A stretch of DNA of 64,000 bases, taken from a virus. Lineage: Duplodnaviria > Caudoviricetes. The stretch is taken from positions 1 through 64,000 of the IMG/VR virus record IMGVR_UViG_2910942425_000008; one strand, given 5' to 3'. A program made the position numbers and the translations under genes. The notes below the pieces were generated by a model that saw only the letters and a program-made list of their open reading frames with translations, was not told the origin of the DNA and did no database searches. This document shows, piece after piece, positions 38,602 through 47,545 of this stretch (its first letter is position 1; every line of letters starts with the position of its first letter).

Positions 38602-39222
38602 TCAATATTTTACGTAATAGTTTTTTATTTGTTGTAATATAGTACATCTGCCCCTAATGCTGTTTATAAATTCTTCGTTGCGAGGAATGCGAAACTCGAT
38701 ATATTCGTCAGGCGTTATATTTCTTTTGATATTTTCTTCGTCATCGTATGTCTGGACTTCGAGATAGCACAAGGTTGCAGCATCTAATTCTGAACAGAAT
38801 AGCTGGTATTGAACTTGCTCATAATTATGCTTGTAGTGTTTCCGTATAAATTCAAGATATTCTTCTTCCGGAGATTCGCGATACATATTTATATCGAGAT
38901 AGTCATTTGCAAAGACCGTTTTCAGCTCAATGAAATCAACAACTTTATTGTGTTCCACCTTCGCAAAATCTAGAGTCGCCCTGCAAACATCCATTTCTTT
39001 GCTCACCACTTTATATTGTGGCAGATATTCATCACTCAATGCCAAAAAGAAGCGGTCTTCGAGTATCGCTCCTGCCCGGAGCGCATTTATAGGGCTACGT
39101 TTTGCATTATAGTGTGGTATTTCATCCGAAACAAAGCGCCTCAATAGTTTTCTGTGTGACTCAGTAGTGATGCCCGACATTAAAGCGACTACATCACCGC
39201 TACCTATATACATACTCCTCAT
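38602..39222 (-). CDS. YqaJ-like PD-(D/E)xK exonuclease
   Basis: IGSGD...ATLDF...IELKT...QVQYQL; ATGA-coupled to the ERF gene. Confidence 0.7.
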   Translation of the reverse strand: MRSMYIGSGDVVALMSGITTESHRKLLRRFVSDEIPHYNAKRSPINALRAGAILEDRFFLALSDEYLPQYKVVSKEMDVCRATLDFAKVEHNKVVDFIELKTVFANDYLDINMYRESPEEEYLEFIRKHYKHNYEQVQYQLFCSELDAATLCYLEVQTYDDEENIKRNITPDEYIEFRIPRNEEFINSIRGRCTILQQIKNYYVKY

Positions 39223-39797
39223 ACCTTTTCCTTTATATGCCCACTTTTTACCCAAGCGTTATAAGTAGTTTCTATTTGCTTGTTCGTCAGGTCTTCCATA
39301 ACACCAATATCATATCTTTTAAGAATGGTATTCAGGGCATTATTATTTGCAAGCATTACATCATATACAGCCTTTCGCTTGTCCGACAACACTTCTTCGG
39401 GTGTTCGATTTTCATGTTTTTCGCTGTCTATTTCCTTGGAGTCATCTATGCAGAATAATCCATTCAGGGCGTATTTGCGGGCGTACGAACTTGCCGAACC
39501 TGTTATCTGAGCTGCGTCCATCCCTTTCTTTGTTTCTTCCTCACGGGCATAGGCCTTGACTATCGCCGATTTACCTTTTTCATTAGTTAGAATTGCAGTA
39601 GCCTCTATGTATACCCTGCCGCCTACATCTTTGACTTCGTCCGATAAAACAAGTGTGCATTGCATTTCCTCTAAAAGGGGCTTAACTGCCTCCAAGATAT
39701 CCTCACAACTGCGATAATTGTAATTGCCAAACTTGTTTAGCTGATTTTTGGGGGCTTTTAACCGAGATTGTATTTTTATTAATTCTTCCATTGTCAT
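39219..39797 (-). CDS. ERF-family ssDNA annealing recombinase
   Basis: KAPKNQLNKFGNYNYRSCEDIL...GSASSYARKYAL; start moved to MTMEE. Confidence 0.9.
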   Translation of the reverse strand: MTMEELIKIQSRLKAPKNQLNKFGNYNYRSCEDILEAVKPLLEEMQCTLVLSDEVKDVGGRVYIEATAILTNEKGKSAIVKAYAREEETKKGMDAAQITGSASSYARKYALNGLFCIDDSKEIDSEKHENRTPEEVLSDKRKAVYDVMLANNNALNTILKRYDIGVMEDLTNKQIETTYNAWVKSGHIKEKV

Positions 39798-39804
39798 TAT
39801 AATT

Positions 39805-40125
39805 TTAAGTGAACTGAAAACTTTTCTGGTTCCCGTTACCATATCTGATTTGTTTGATTGTTGCTTTGAATGGAAAGTCATCTTTGTTTATCTGGTCTAA
39901 GTCATGTTTGATGTATTTGGAATCGGTAAAAAACTTACATTCCTTTCCATCAAATCTGACTTTAACAATGTATCTGTTATCGCCATGCTGGGTCTTTATC
40001 CCGGCCTGAAAATCAATCACCTCTACCTCACAATTTAAGATGTCGCTAATAGACACTACCTGAACATCAAATATGGCTTTACCGTCATCCAGTGGCTTTA
40101 TGCCAAGTTCTGAGAACTTCTTCAT
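39805..40125 (-). CDS. Small conserved protein overlapping the RT 3' end; candidate non-Avd DGR accessory factor
   Basis: MKKFSELGI...FFTDSK...DFPFKATI; 41-nt overlap with the RT gene. Confidence 0.6.
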   Translation of the reverse strand: MKKFSELGIKPLDDGKAIFDVQVVSISDILNCEVEVIDFQAGIKTQHGDNRYIVKVRFDGKECKFFTDSKYIKHDLDQINKDDFPFKATIKQIRYGNGNQKSFQFT

Positions 40126-41098
40126 TTTTCACAACAGTTTTAATCAGGTTCAGCGAATTACAATATTTTGTCCAGCCTATCCACGCACAAATGGCTATCC
40201 GGTACTCTTTTGGTGTGATGTTTTTATACTTATTCAACTTCGCTATACGCCTGCAAAATTTCTTCTTGATGCGTTTGCGTAGCCGAGTGTGGGTATGGTA
40301 GAAAACATATCCGACAAAGTCGATACCGCGAGCTGTGACAGGAAATACTTGGAAATTATCTTTAAGTTCGAGTTTCAACCTGTCATTCAGATATTTCCCT
40401 ATTTCTATCTGTAAGTCATGCAAATAGTTTTTATCATCGCTCAATATTACCATGTCGTCTGCGTACCTGTAATAGTATTTTACTTGTTTCTCCTCTTTCA
40501 ACCAGTGATCGAAATAAGACAGATACAGGTTAGCCAAAAATTGAGAAAGGTAATTCCCGATCGGCAAACCGGGTGCAGAGTTGATAATGTCATCCAAAAG
40601 GTTCAATAGCCGTGCATCCTTTATTTTCTTTCTGACTATTAATTTCATTACTTCGTGGTCAATAGATGGATAGAACTTTCGTATGTCCATTTTCAGACAG
40701 TAACTTGTATTTTCACTGTCTTTTAAATCACGTTTGATGTGCTTTAATGCACCATGAATCCCCCTGCCTTTGATGCAGGAATAAGTATGCGAAATAAATA
40801 CAGATGCCCATATCGGTTCTAATATATTCATTATGGTATGTTGCACAACCCTGTCGCGGAAAGGAAGCCGGTATATTATCCGTTCTTTCGGGTCGGTAAT
40901 TGTAAATACATCATATTCCGATATCGTATAAGTTCCATTTATCAAATCGTCTTGAATCATTTGCATGTTTTCAATCAGATTGCTTTCGAATTGTTTTACA
41001 CCATAAGATTTTCCTTTGCCTTTCCTCGCTTTGCTATAAGCCAGATAAAGGTTATCGGCGTCACAGATTTTATCATATAAATTCCCAAATCGCTTCAT
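40085..41098 (-). CDS. DGR reverse transcriptase (337 aa)
   Basis: RDRVVQH, KMDIRKFYPSIDH, GLPIGNYLSQ, YADD; likely start MKRFG at 41098, downstream of TR and spacer. Confidence 0.95.
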   Translation of the reverse strand: MKRFGNLYDKICDADNLYLAYSKARKGKGKSYGVKQFESNLIENMQMIQDDLINGTYTISEYDVFTITDPKERIIYRLPFRDRVVQHTIMNILEPIWASVFISHTYSCIKGRGIHGALKHIKRDLKDSENTSYCLKMDIRKFYPSIDHEVMKLIVRKKIKDARLLNLLDDIINSAPGLPIGNYLSQFLANLYLSYFDHWLKEEKQVKYYYRYADDMVILSDDKNYLHDLQIEIGKYLNDRLKLELKDNFQVFPVTARGIDFVGYVFYHTHTRLRKRIKKKFCRRIAKLNKYKNITPKEYRIAICAWIGWTKYCNSLNLIKTVVKNEEVLRTWHKATG

Positions 41099-41310
41099 AT
41101 AGCCTTTGTTTCTAATCGGAGCCTTCGGTTTCCCTACCAGCACCTTTTGAATTGTTATTTTTCGCCAAGGGGCGAGGCCTTTGCCTTGATTTTTTATCTT
41201 TACATAGGTGGGAGCTGCTCCCTGCATTCGCATTCGTATTATCGTAGTTCGAGTTGTTGAACGTGAAGGCCGCAGGAGAGCCGACTCTAAGGCAAACAGC
41301 CCTTTTTCAT
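41099..41310 (-). ncRNA. DGR template RNA region (5' leader, TR and spacer)
   Basis: Non-coding interval between target gene and RT that contains the TR and GC-rich spacer segments. Confidence 0.7.
41206..41282 (-). repeat. DGR template repeat (TR), 77 bp with 20 adenines
   Basis: GGCTCTCCTGCGGCCTTCACGTTCAACAACTCGAACTACGATAATACGAATGCGAATGCAGGGAGCAGCTCCCACCT; rich in AAC/AAT codons. Confidence 0.97.
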
Positions 41311-41705
41311 TATTTCAATTGCACTGCTTCCCATATTTCAGGGAATGTTTTACCGATGTGGTCGGACGCTTCACGGCTCAAAACGCGAAGGCGGGAGCAG
41401 CTCCCCGCAACCGCAAACGTAAGATCGCAGCGCGAGAAGAAGAACGTGAAGGCCGCAGGAGACATCCAAAACCACGGTGTATATTTCCATTGGTTATGAT
41501 TATTCCAGTCTATTTCACCTAGTCCACATTCACGTTCAATCTTACGAGCTGCCTCTACTATTACTTTCGCATTATAGCAGGCTTCTTCATGCTCTCTCAT
41601 ATCTTCCGGATAAAATGAAAAGTCAATATGAGGGCGGCCTGTTTCGGCATAAGCATTATCTAATGTTTTTAGCCTTTCTTCGAGTAGTTGTTTTAAGTTT
41701 TTCAT
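41310..41705 (-). CDS. DGR target protein 1 (131 aa)
   Basis: Contains VR1 in frame (SPAAFTFFFSRCDLTFAVAGSCSRL). Confidence 0.92.
   Translation of the reverse strand: MKNLKQLLEERLKTLDNAYAETGRPHIDFSFYPEDMREHEEACYNAKVIVEAARKIERECGLGEIDWNNHNQWKYTPWFWMSPAAFTFFFSRCDLTFAVAGSCSRLRVLSREASDHIGKTFPEIWEAVQLK
41389..41462 (-). repeat. DGR variable repeat VR1
   Basis: 74 bp; 16 mismatches to TR, all at TR adenines. Confidence 0.97.
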
Positions 41706-41735
41706 TGTGATAACTATTTTTCTTGATGTTATAAA

Positions 41736-42194
41736 TTATGATTCCAGATATTCACGATAAAAATCAATATGCTTTGTGCCTACGATTTTAGAGAGTTTCT
41801 CGCTTTTTAGGGCGAGGCGGGAGCCGCTCCCCGCAAACGCAAGCGAATTAACGCAGTTCGAGCCGCGGAACGCGAAGGCCGCAGGAGAGCCTTGTGTCAG
41901 GAATCGCGGAAAATACCTCCACTTTGAACTATTATAGATATCCATTTTCTCCCCTTCGTTGTATGCCTCGGTCATCACAACGCATCGGTAGTATTTACGG
42001 AAGTGGTCGCGTAACCGCTCAGGTAGCTCTGTAAATTCAGGCGTATCTGGTAGTCCTGTTTCGGCGAGCATATCTTCCCATGTGTTGATACGCTCTGTGA
42101 TGTCTTTGCCGAAAGTTGATTCTAATGCAGACTTCATACTGTCAGACGATTTGTATAATCCTCTGAGTTTCTGTTCTAATGATTTTGTTTCCAT
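41736..42194 (-). CDS. DGR target protein 2 (152 aa), paralog of target 1
   Basis: Contains VR2 in frame (GSPAAFAFRGSNCVNSLAFAGSGSRL). Confidence 0.92.
   Translation of the reverse strand: METKSLEQKLRGLYKSSDSMKSALESTFGKDITERINTWEDMLAETGLPDTPEFTELPERLRDHFRKYYRCVVMTEAYNEGEKMDIYNSSKWRYFPRFLTQGSPAAFAFRGSNCVNSLAFAGSGSRLALKSEKLSKIVGTKHIDFYREYLES
41815..41891 (-). repeat. DGR variable repeat VR2
   Basis: 77 bp; 15 mismatches to TR, all at TR adenines. Confidence 0.97.
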
Positions 42195-42482
42195 AAGTTA
42201 TTATTGGTTTAAATTGGTAATGATTCTAAAATTGCCAGTCCCTTCTAGTCTAACAAGCGCGTATCTGTTTCGACCTGTATCCGGCGTTTATCGGGATTCT
42301 GTCCCCCTGAAACCGCCAAAGGTTATTACATCGAATTGTACGAACAGGGGTATATCGTATGTACATGGTTTGGTTTTTCACCGCGGCACCATAAGCATAG
42401 CTTTTAGCAGTACATATTTTATCTTTTTTCTTGTCGCTTTCTTTTAAGAACTCACATATCGATTTAGAGAGAGAAAGCTTTT

Positions 42483-42548
42483 CAATACGTCAAAGAACTT
42501 GTCTTTGTGGCTACCCCTAACCGAATAGGGACGGTCTTACCTGTAGCC
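42483..42548 (-). promoter_or_regulatory. boxA-like element preceded by nested hairpins (possible nut-type antitermination site)
   Basis: AGTTCTTTGACGTATTG after GGCTAC/GTAGCC and CCCTA/TAGGG stems. Confidence 0.4.
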
Positions 42549-42715
42549 TAATATCTTTTTATTGTTGGTACATCATAGGCTATCTGCTCACTCAGTTTGC
42601 TCTGAATTCTATTGCATTTGTGGCAGCTGTGAAAGCATAGCCAGATGGAGATGAATAGTATAAGCCCAAGCGCTATATCAAAAAATTCGATCCGGGGTAG
42701 TCTCTTTTTTTTCAT
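42548..42715 (-). CDS. 55-aa membrane peptide
   Basis: Hand-translated MKKKRLPRIEFFDIALGLILFISIWLCF... Confidence 0.45.
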   Translation of the reverse strand: MKKKRLPRIEFFDIALGLILFISIWLCFHSCHKCNRIQSKLSEQIAYDVPTIKRY

Positions 42716-42878
42716 AAGTATTGTTTTTGTAGTTCGTATACATCTATCCGGCCGATTGATTCTTCTACTATCATGCCTACCGCCTTGTCAGACAAGTAGG
42801 GCTTGTAATCGTGGATATCTAATTTTTGTACTGTCATGGTTGTATTAGTTTTCTGAGTTTATTGATTTTGCTGCATTA

Positions 42879-43280
42879 TTAAATTAGAAATGGATCTGTT
42901 TCAAGTCCTTTAGGACGTTTTGAGCGTCTCATTCTTGATGTTTCCGCAATCTCTATTCTTCTGTAAAAAGATGTTGTTTCTTGAACTATATCAAAGCAGA
43001 TAAGTGAAATAAATACACAAACGATTGTCGTTTTTATAGCATCTTTATTTTTAGCTATGAAAACCCTAGCCTTCTTTATGGCTATGCGTTTTGCATACAA
43101 AATGCTTAATTCGCTTCTGTTTCGAACACCTAACACATCAAATGCTGTCATTATCTGGTTGTTGATTGTACATAAGGCCTTAAAATATTTATCGGCTATT
43201 TCTTGCTTTTCCATTCCGGAAGCATAATCCTGCGAAACAACATCTACACGCTCAGTCAGTTCAGTAAATACTCTTTCCAT
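42879..43280 (-). CDS. LuxR-type HTH protein
   Basis: GMEKQEIADK...TINNQ...LGVRNRSEL. Confidence 0.75.
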   Translation of the reverse strand: MERVFTELTERVDVVSQDYASGMEKQEIADKYFKALCTINNQIMTAFDVLGVRNRSELSILYAKRIAIKKARVFIAKNKDAIKTTIVCVFISLICFDIVQETTSFYRRIEIAETSRMRRSKRPKGLETDPFLI

Positions 43281-43304
43281 AATGTCGTGTGTTAGAAAGA
43301 TTAT

Positions 43305-43568
43305 TTATGCTTCTCCCTTTGAATGATCTCTATAGACAATCGAAGTGTAGCCTTCCTCTAGTGTTCGCAATACAGAGAACTTTACTTGCCAGAACTCAAT
43401 TTCTTTCAATAATCTAGCTTTATCATTATGCCTTAAAGCTTCTTGTCTTATCGATTGGTAACGATCTCTTTTTTCATCCTTAACATGAAGTATATCCCCC
43501 GGGTACTTTAGTTTTTTAAATAACCCCACGATGGTATCGCCTGGTTTTAACTCAATTTTCTTTTTCAT
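43305..43568 (-). CDS. Hypothetical protein
   Basis: Early-operon ORF. Confidence 0.55.
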   Translation of the reverse strand: MKKKIELKPGDTIVGLFKKLKYPGDILHVKDEKRDRYQSIRQEALRHNDKARLLKEIEFWQVKFSVLRTLEEGYTSIVYRDHSKGEA

Positions 43569-43630
43569 ACTTTAGCGATTGATTTATGTAGTATCTTAAT
43601 GTTCTATCATTTATATTTTGCGCGGCTATA

Positions 43631-44128
43631 TTACATTTGATATATTTCATTTTCTTTATTTATACGTTCTACCATTGCGCGAACTGAACTCTTAAGTTCT
43701 TCAATAAGCCTAGGTAATTCGTCATATTCTATATTATAAGCGTCTACATAGCTTCTATTATGGTCAATATCCACAAGCTCAATGCATCTATACTCAAAAC
43801 CTCTAACTACTATACCTACTTCAATAGTTACGTTCATAAATTCTACTTCGATAGTTTCTTCTGTGTTGTAATCGAAATAGTTTATTTTTTCTTCTATTTT
43901 TCCGAGAAGTAAGCTAAGGTTTGACAGAATATTATCCTCTTGATATTCAATAACCCTATCTTTTTCAAAGTATCTTTTGTTCAAATACTTTACTGAGCGA
44001 GAGAAGATATTGTTAGGATTAATTCTGTCTACATGCCTGCGAGTAATGCCTAATACATTAGCCACTTCATCAATACTGTAAGCTTTGGCTATATCTATTT
44101 GTGGTTTTTTATAATCTTTAGTTCTCAT
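43631..44128 (-). CDS. Excisionase/Cro-like HTH protein
   Basis: YSIDEVANVLGITRRHV N-terminal HTH; diverges from the 44254 HTH gene. Confidence 0.6.
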   Translation of the reverse strand: MRTKDYKKPQIDIAKAYSIDEVANVLGITRRHVDRINPNNIFSRSVKYLNKRYFEKDRVIEYQEDNILSNLSLLLGKIEEKINYFDYNTEETIEVEFMNVTIEVGIVVRGFEYRCIELVDIDHNRSYVDAYNIEYDELPRLIEELKSSVRAMVERINKENEIYQM

Positions 44129-44134
44129 GGCTAA

Positions 44135-44620
44135 ATGATATTTATGTATTATTGTATGTTGTTTTTTATTCGTTACTTTTGTATTGTTATAAACTTATAG
44201 TGCAAATATCAAATATATTATTGGTATATGCAAATAAATTATTGGTTATTTTTATGGATTTCAATAATATTTTTGATAGAATTTCTTATATAATTGAAAA
44301 AGAGGGTCTTAATATATCTTCTTTTGCTAAGAAAATTGGGGTTGGGGATCAGACGATTAGAAATATAATCACCTATCAGCGCAGTAATCCAGGATATGAG
44401 GTATTATTAAAAATAATCCAAACATTTAATTGGGTAGATGCAAATTGGTTGATATCCGGTGAATCCAAAAAAATGAGTGATTTGGCGAATGATGGGTGTT
44501 CAGAAGAATTAATAAAAACCAATCTAAACTTATCAGAAACCATTAAGAATCTCTCAGAAACCATTAAATCATTAACCAATAAATCAAAGAGCGATTGAAT
44601 ATGATATTTATGTATTATTG
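44135..44620 (+). repeat. Exact 20-bp direct repeats flanking the second repressor-like gene
   Basis: ATGATATTTATGTATTATTG at 44135-44154 and 44601-44620. Confidence 0.9.
44254..44598 (+). CDS. CI-like HTH regulator without peptidase domain
   Basis: EGLNISSFAKKIGV...WVDANWLISGE; C-terminal heptad repeats. Confidence 0.8.
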   Translation: MDFNNIFDRISYIIEKEGLNISSFAKKIGVGDQTIRNIITYQRSNPGYEVLLKIIQTFNWVDANWLISGESKKMSDLANDGCSEELIKTNLNLSETIKNLSETIKSLTNKSKSD

Positions 44621-44690
44621 ACTTTGTTTTCTTATTTATTTTATCTTTGTAATTGTAATCGTATTGTTATAAGATTACGATACAAAGGTA

Positions 44691-44734
44691 GTGAACTAGT
44701 TCACAATTCATATATAATTTGTGAATTTATTCAC
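44691..44734. promoter_or_regulatory. Two GTGAA-N4-TTCAC operators beside divergent -7 boxes
   Basis: GTGAACTAGTTCAC 44691-44704 and GTGAATTTATTCAC 44721-44734; TATCTTTG (+) at 44642 and TACCTTTG (-) at 44683-44690. Confidence 0.7.
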
Positions 44735-44784
44735 ACGGTTAACTTTATTTAATACTATTCATTTTTTAACTTAAAATTAAGGGT

Positions 44785-45207
44785 ATGGAAAATGATAGAT
44801 ATAGGCTTGTGTTGCTTGAACATATAAAGGATAGAACGAAGCATAACGACAAGGAATTTAATCGTTTACTATTGAACTACCCTGATTATGTGATTGGCAG
44901 ATTTGATATAGAAAGAGACTTGCTAAAGAGAGGATTTTTAAAGTCTGTTGATTTGCGACCCGATCTACCCAATCAGGATGATGATGGCAATTACATAGAC
45001 TATAATAAAAGGGGAATAAAAAAGTATGAGACTATTACCACCGAAAGCGGCATAGCCTCATTAAAGAGCAATATATTTTCATCAGAAATACTTGCTAAGA
45101 AAAGAGAAGAAATGCTTAGGCTTCTTGATATTGCTGTCAAGTGGTTTGCCGTCATTGGTGGTGCGCTTGGCTTGTATAGCTTCTTGCGTACATTCTTTTG
45201 CCTTTAA
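44785..45207 (+). CDS. Hypothetical protein with a C-terminal membrane anchor
   Basis: 140-aa ORF with a hydrophobic tail. Confidence 0.55.
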   Translation: MENDRYRLVLLEHIKDRTKHNDKEFNRLLLNYPDYVIGRFDIERDLLKRGFLKSVDLRPDLPNQDDDGNYIDYNKRGIKKYETITTESGIASLKSNIFSSEILAKKREEMLRLLDIAVKWFAVIGGALGLYSFLRTFFCL

Positions 45208-45447
45208 CCTAATATAGTCTTTAATCAGTTCGGAATATGTCATTTGATGAGATTCAGTATGCAGGTAATTGCCTTCGTTATCTCTCAATATTATGACTAC
45301 TTTTAATTTATCTTCTTTAATGAAATTGTATATATCTTTTGCATCGGCAGTGATATAATCTAAATTAAAGAAGTTGCATTTATTGGAAGCAATCTTAATG
45401 CATTCAAGCATTAAATCATGGTCAATTTCTGGGTGATTGTCATTCAT
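45082..45447 (-). CDS. Hypothetical protein
   Basis: Start moved to MNDNH; overlaps its neighbour convergently. Confidence 0.4.
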   Translation of the reverse strand: MNDNHPEIDHDLMLECIKIASNKCNFFNLDYITADAKDIYNFIKEDKLKVVIILRDNEGNYLHTESHQMTYSELIKDYIRLKAKECTQEAIQAKRTTNDGKPLDSNIKKPKHFFSFLSKYF

Positions 45448-45472
45448 AACTATAAATATTAAATTAAACGAT

Positions 45473-45691
45473 ATGAACAGATTTTTAGAACTAAGCATTG
45501 ATGGAAATATAGCATTAATACAAGAGGATAGCATATCTTACATAGCTGTATTCAATGAAAAGACTAATATATTTTTTATCGGAGGAGATTCCATAATAGT
45601 TGATGAATCCTTAGATTCAATAAGAAATATATTAACTAAAAGGAAGCCATCAACAAGAGATAGTATAGATACCGGTGGGGTATTCTACTAA
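45473..45691 (+). CDS. Hypothetical protein
   Basis: FIGGDSIIVDESLDSI flagellar-FlbD-like pattern. Confidence 0.5.
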   Translation: MNRFLELSIDGNIALIQEDSISYIAVFNEKTNIFFIGGDSIIVDESLDSIRNILTKRKPSTRDSIDTGGVFY

Positions 45692-45873
45692 TCTTCGTTA
45701 GCAATAGATTTGAAATTTGCATTAGCCTTTTCGTGGGCATCTATGTATTCTTTGACAATGGATGACAATTCTTTAGCGAAAAAAGCAAGACCACTGATCC
45801 CTTGTCTTTCAAATAAATTTACAGCTTCTTGTCTGGCTGCAATTTCAAGTTTAGTTTTTGTTATTGGCTCCAT
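45688..45873 (-). CDS. Hypothetical protein
   Basis: Diverges from CI. Confidence 0.4.
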   Translation of the reverse strand: MEPITKTKLEIAARQEAVNLFERQGISGLAFFAKELSSIVKEYIDAHEKANANFKSIANED

Positions 45874-46008
45874 AATTCTAAATATTAAAACAGAAAGCAG
45901 CATACAAATTGGGATTGCATACTACTTTCAAGGTTTAAACTAATTTCTTAATTATTGCAATCGCCCTAATTTATCGTAATGCAAATATAACTATTAATCA
46001 TTAATGCA

Positions 46009-46022
46009 GTGAATTAATTCAC
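46009..46022. promoter_or_regulatory. Third GTGAA-N4-TTCAC operator, upstream of CI
   Basis: GTGAATTAATTCAC, 17 nt before the start codon. Confidence 0.7.
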
Positions 46023-46039
46023 ATTTTAACTATTTAAAT

Positions 46040-46678
46040 ATGGAACTTAACATAAAAGAACTAAGAGATAAATTTGGAAAATCACAACAAGCGGTATCAA
46101 ATGATACTGGAATATCTAGGGATAAAATAGCTAAATGGGAAACTACATCTCACAGACCTAAAACAGAAGATTATATTAAATTAAAAAATTATTTCGAATC
46201 GCTAGCTAAAGAAGATGGAAATACAGATATTCCTTTAAAATTCTTACAAGCTGAAAATCAAGGTCAACCAATACTTGATATACGTGTATGTGCTGGATAT
46301 GGCATTGGATTAGAGGGTGATGAAAATAAAGTGATTGAGTGGGTAAATATTCCAAAGTTTAACGGCTGCTATGGCGTTACCGTTTATGGAGATAGTATGT
46401 ATGATAAATATAAATCTGGAGATATAATATTCGTTAGACCGATAGAGGGACGTAACGACTTTGACTTTGGGCAATGTTATGTAATAATCACAAGCGAAGA
46501 TCGATATATAAAAAATATATATGAAAGTGGAAGGGGTGACGAATATATTACTATGACATCATATAACACAGATATAAATCCTGATGGAAGGCGAAAGTTT
46601 CCAGATAGAGATATGCTTGTGGACGACATAAAATTTTTATATAAAGTAGCAGGGAAATTAACAAGAGATCAACTATAA
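46040..46678 (+). CDS. CI-like repressor (HTH plus S24 autopeptidase)
   Basis: HTH; CAG cleavage-site motif; VYGDSMY (Ser) and RYIK (Lys). Confidence 0.9.
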   Translation: MELNIKELRDKFGKSQQAVSNDTGISRDKIAKWETTSHRPKTEDYIKLKNYFESLAKEDGNTDIPLKFLQAENQGQPILDIRVCAGYGIGLEGDENKVIEWVNIPKFNGCYGVTVYGDSMYDKYKSGDIIFVRPIEGRNDFDFGQCYVIITSEDRYIKNIYESGRGDEYITMTSYNTDINPDGRRKFPDRDMLVDDIKFLYKVAGKLTRDQL

Positions 46679-46689
46679 AAATTAACATT

Positions 46690-47085
46690 ATGAAAAAACT
46701 ATTATTGTTACTTATACTTCCATTATTTTTTTCGTGTGGAGGAGATGATGAACAGGATCAAAACATAACGCCTAACCGAAAATATAAATATGTTATTTAT
46801 AATGATCCTGACTACATTAATAAGTGTGATGTTTATGATATAGTAATAATAAATAATGATGCTTTCGGAAAACTTGTTGATACAGATAAAATTGAGGAAA
46901 TAAAGTTTGGTGAAAAATCGGATACAATATACACGAATGGATGTAATATTTTCTTTACTCATAAATACAAGGATAAAGACGGAAAAGAGCAATATGGACG
47001 GATTAAAAATGATATATTCATTGAGGAAGATTATCCTAATATTATAAGTCTATCCGGATTTCACGATGATAGAAAAAGAAATTAA
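46690..47085 (+). CDS. Lipoprotein co-transcribed with CI
   Basis: MKKLLLLLILPLFFSC lipobox. Confidence 0.75.
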   Translation: MKKLLLLLILPLFFSCGGDDEQDQNITPNRKYKYVIYNDPDYINKCDVYDIVIINNDAFGKLVDTDKIEEIKFGEKSDTIYTNGCNIFFTHKYKDKDGKEQYGRIKNDIFIEEDYPNIISLSGFHDDRKRN

Positions 47086-47107
47086 CCTCATTTATAAATA
47101 TTTCATC

Positions 47108-47530
47108 ATGCTAACACTTTCATTCGGCAAATCTACATCGCCTCGTTATCGCGACGCCGTAAAGCTTGCAGAGAAATTCACCGGGTATAAAAATACAGGA
47201 GGTAAAATATCTGTGTTGCTATCAGTGAAAGAAGTATTTGAGAAGTGGGAGTATTTCAATCAATTGTTTTGGACTGCTGTAGATTGGAAAGAAACAACAT
47301 TATCTTATGAAGATATGACTTATCATTCGCATACGGATAAAACACGTATTTTTTATGCTCTGCAAAATTCACATTGGAAATGGATAAATTATGTAGAACA
47401 AAAGTTATCTTTGCAATTCAATATTTCGGAAGATAATCTTGATTTATCAAAATTGGATACTACGAATATTGATGATAAAACAGCAGATTTGTTGATAGAC
47501 TTCTATAGCATAAAAAAGCAGGGTTTTTAA
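47108..47530 (+). CDS. Hypothetical protein
   Basis: Third gene of the lysogenic operon. Confidence 0.55.
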   Translation: MLTLSFGKSTSPRYRDAVKLAEKFTGYKNTGGKISVLLSVKEVFEKWEYFNQLFWTAVDWKETTLSYEDMTYHSHTDKTRIFYALQNSHWKWINYVEQKLSLQFNISEDNLDLSKLDTTNIDDKTADLLIDFYSIKKQGF

Positions 47531-47545
47531 ACTGTTTGTCGCTAT

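Noticed and set aside
40085-41098. RT as a group II intron, retron or Abi RT
   Set aside because: No maturase or endonuclease domain; the adjacent TR/VR pairs with A-only mismatches define a DGR.
41099-41233. 45-aa N-terminal extension of the RT in the ORF track
   Set aside because: It is read-through of the TR/spacer; the MKRFG start at 41098 fits DGR RT length.
41208-41522. ORFs 41208-41522 (+) and 41254-41499 (-)
   Set aside because: Shadows of the stop-poor TR and VR1 sequence.
44533-44567. TCAGAAACCATTAA repeated at a 21-nt period
   Set aside because: Explained by LSETIK heptad coiled-coil coding.
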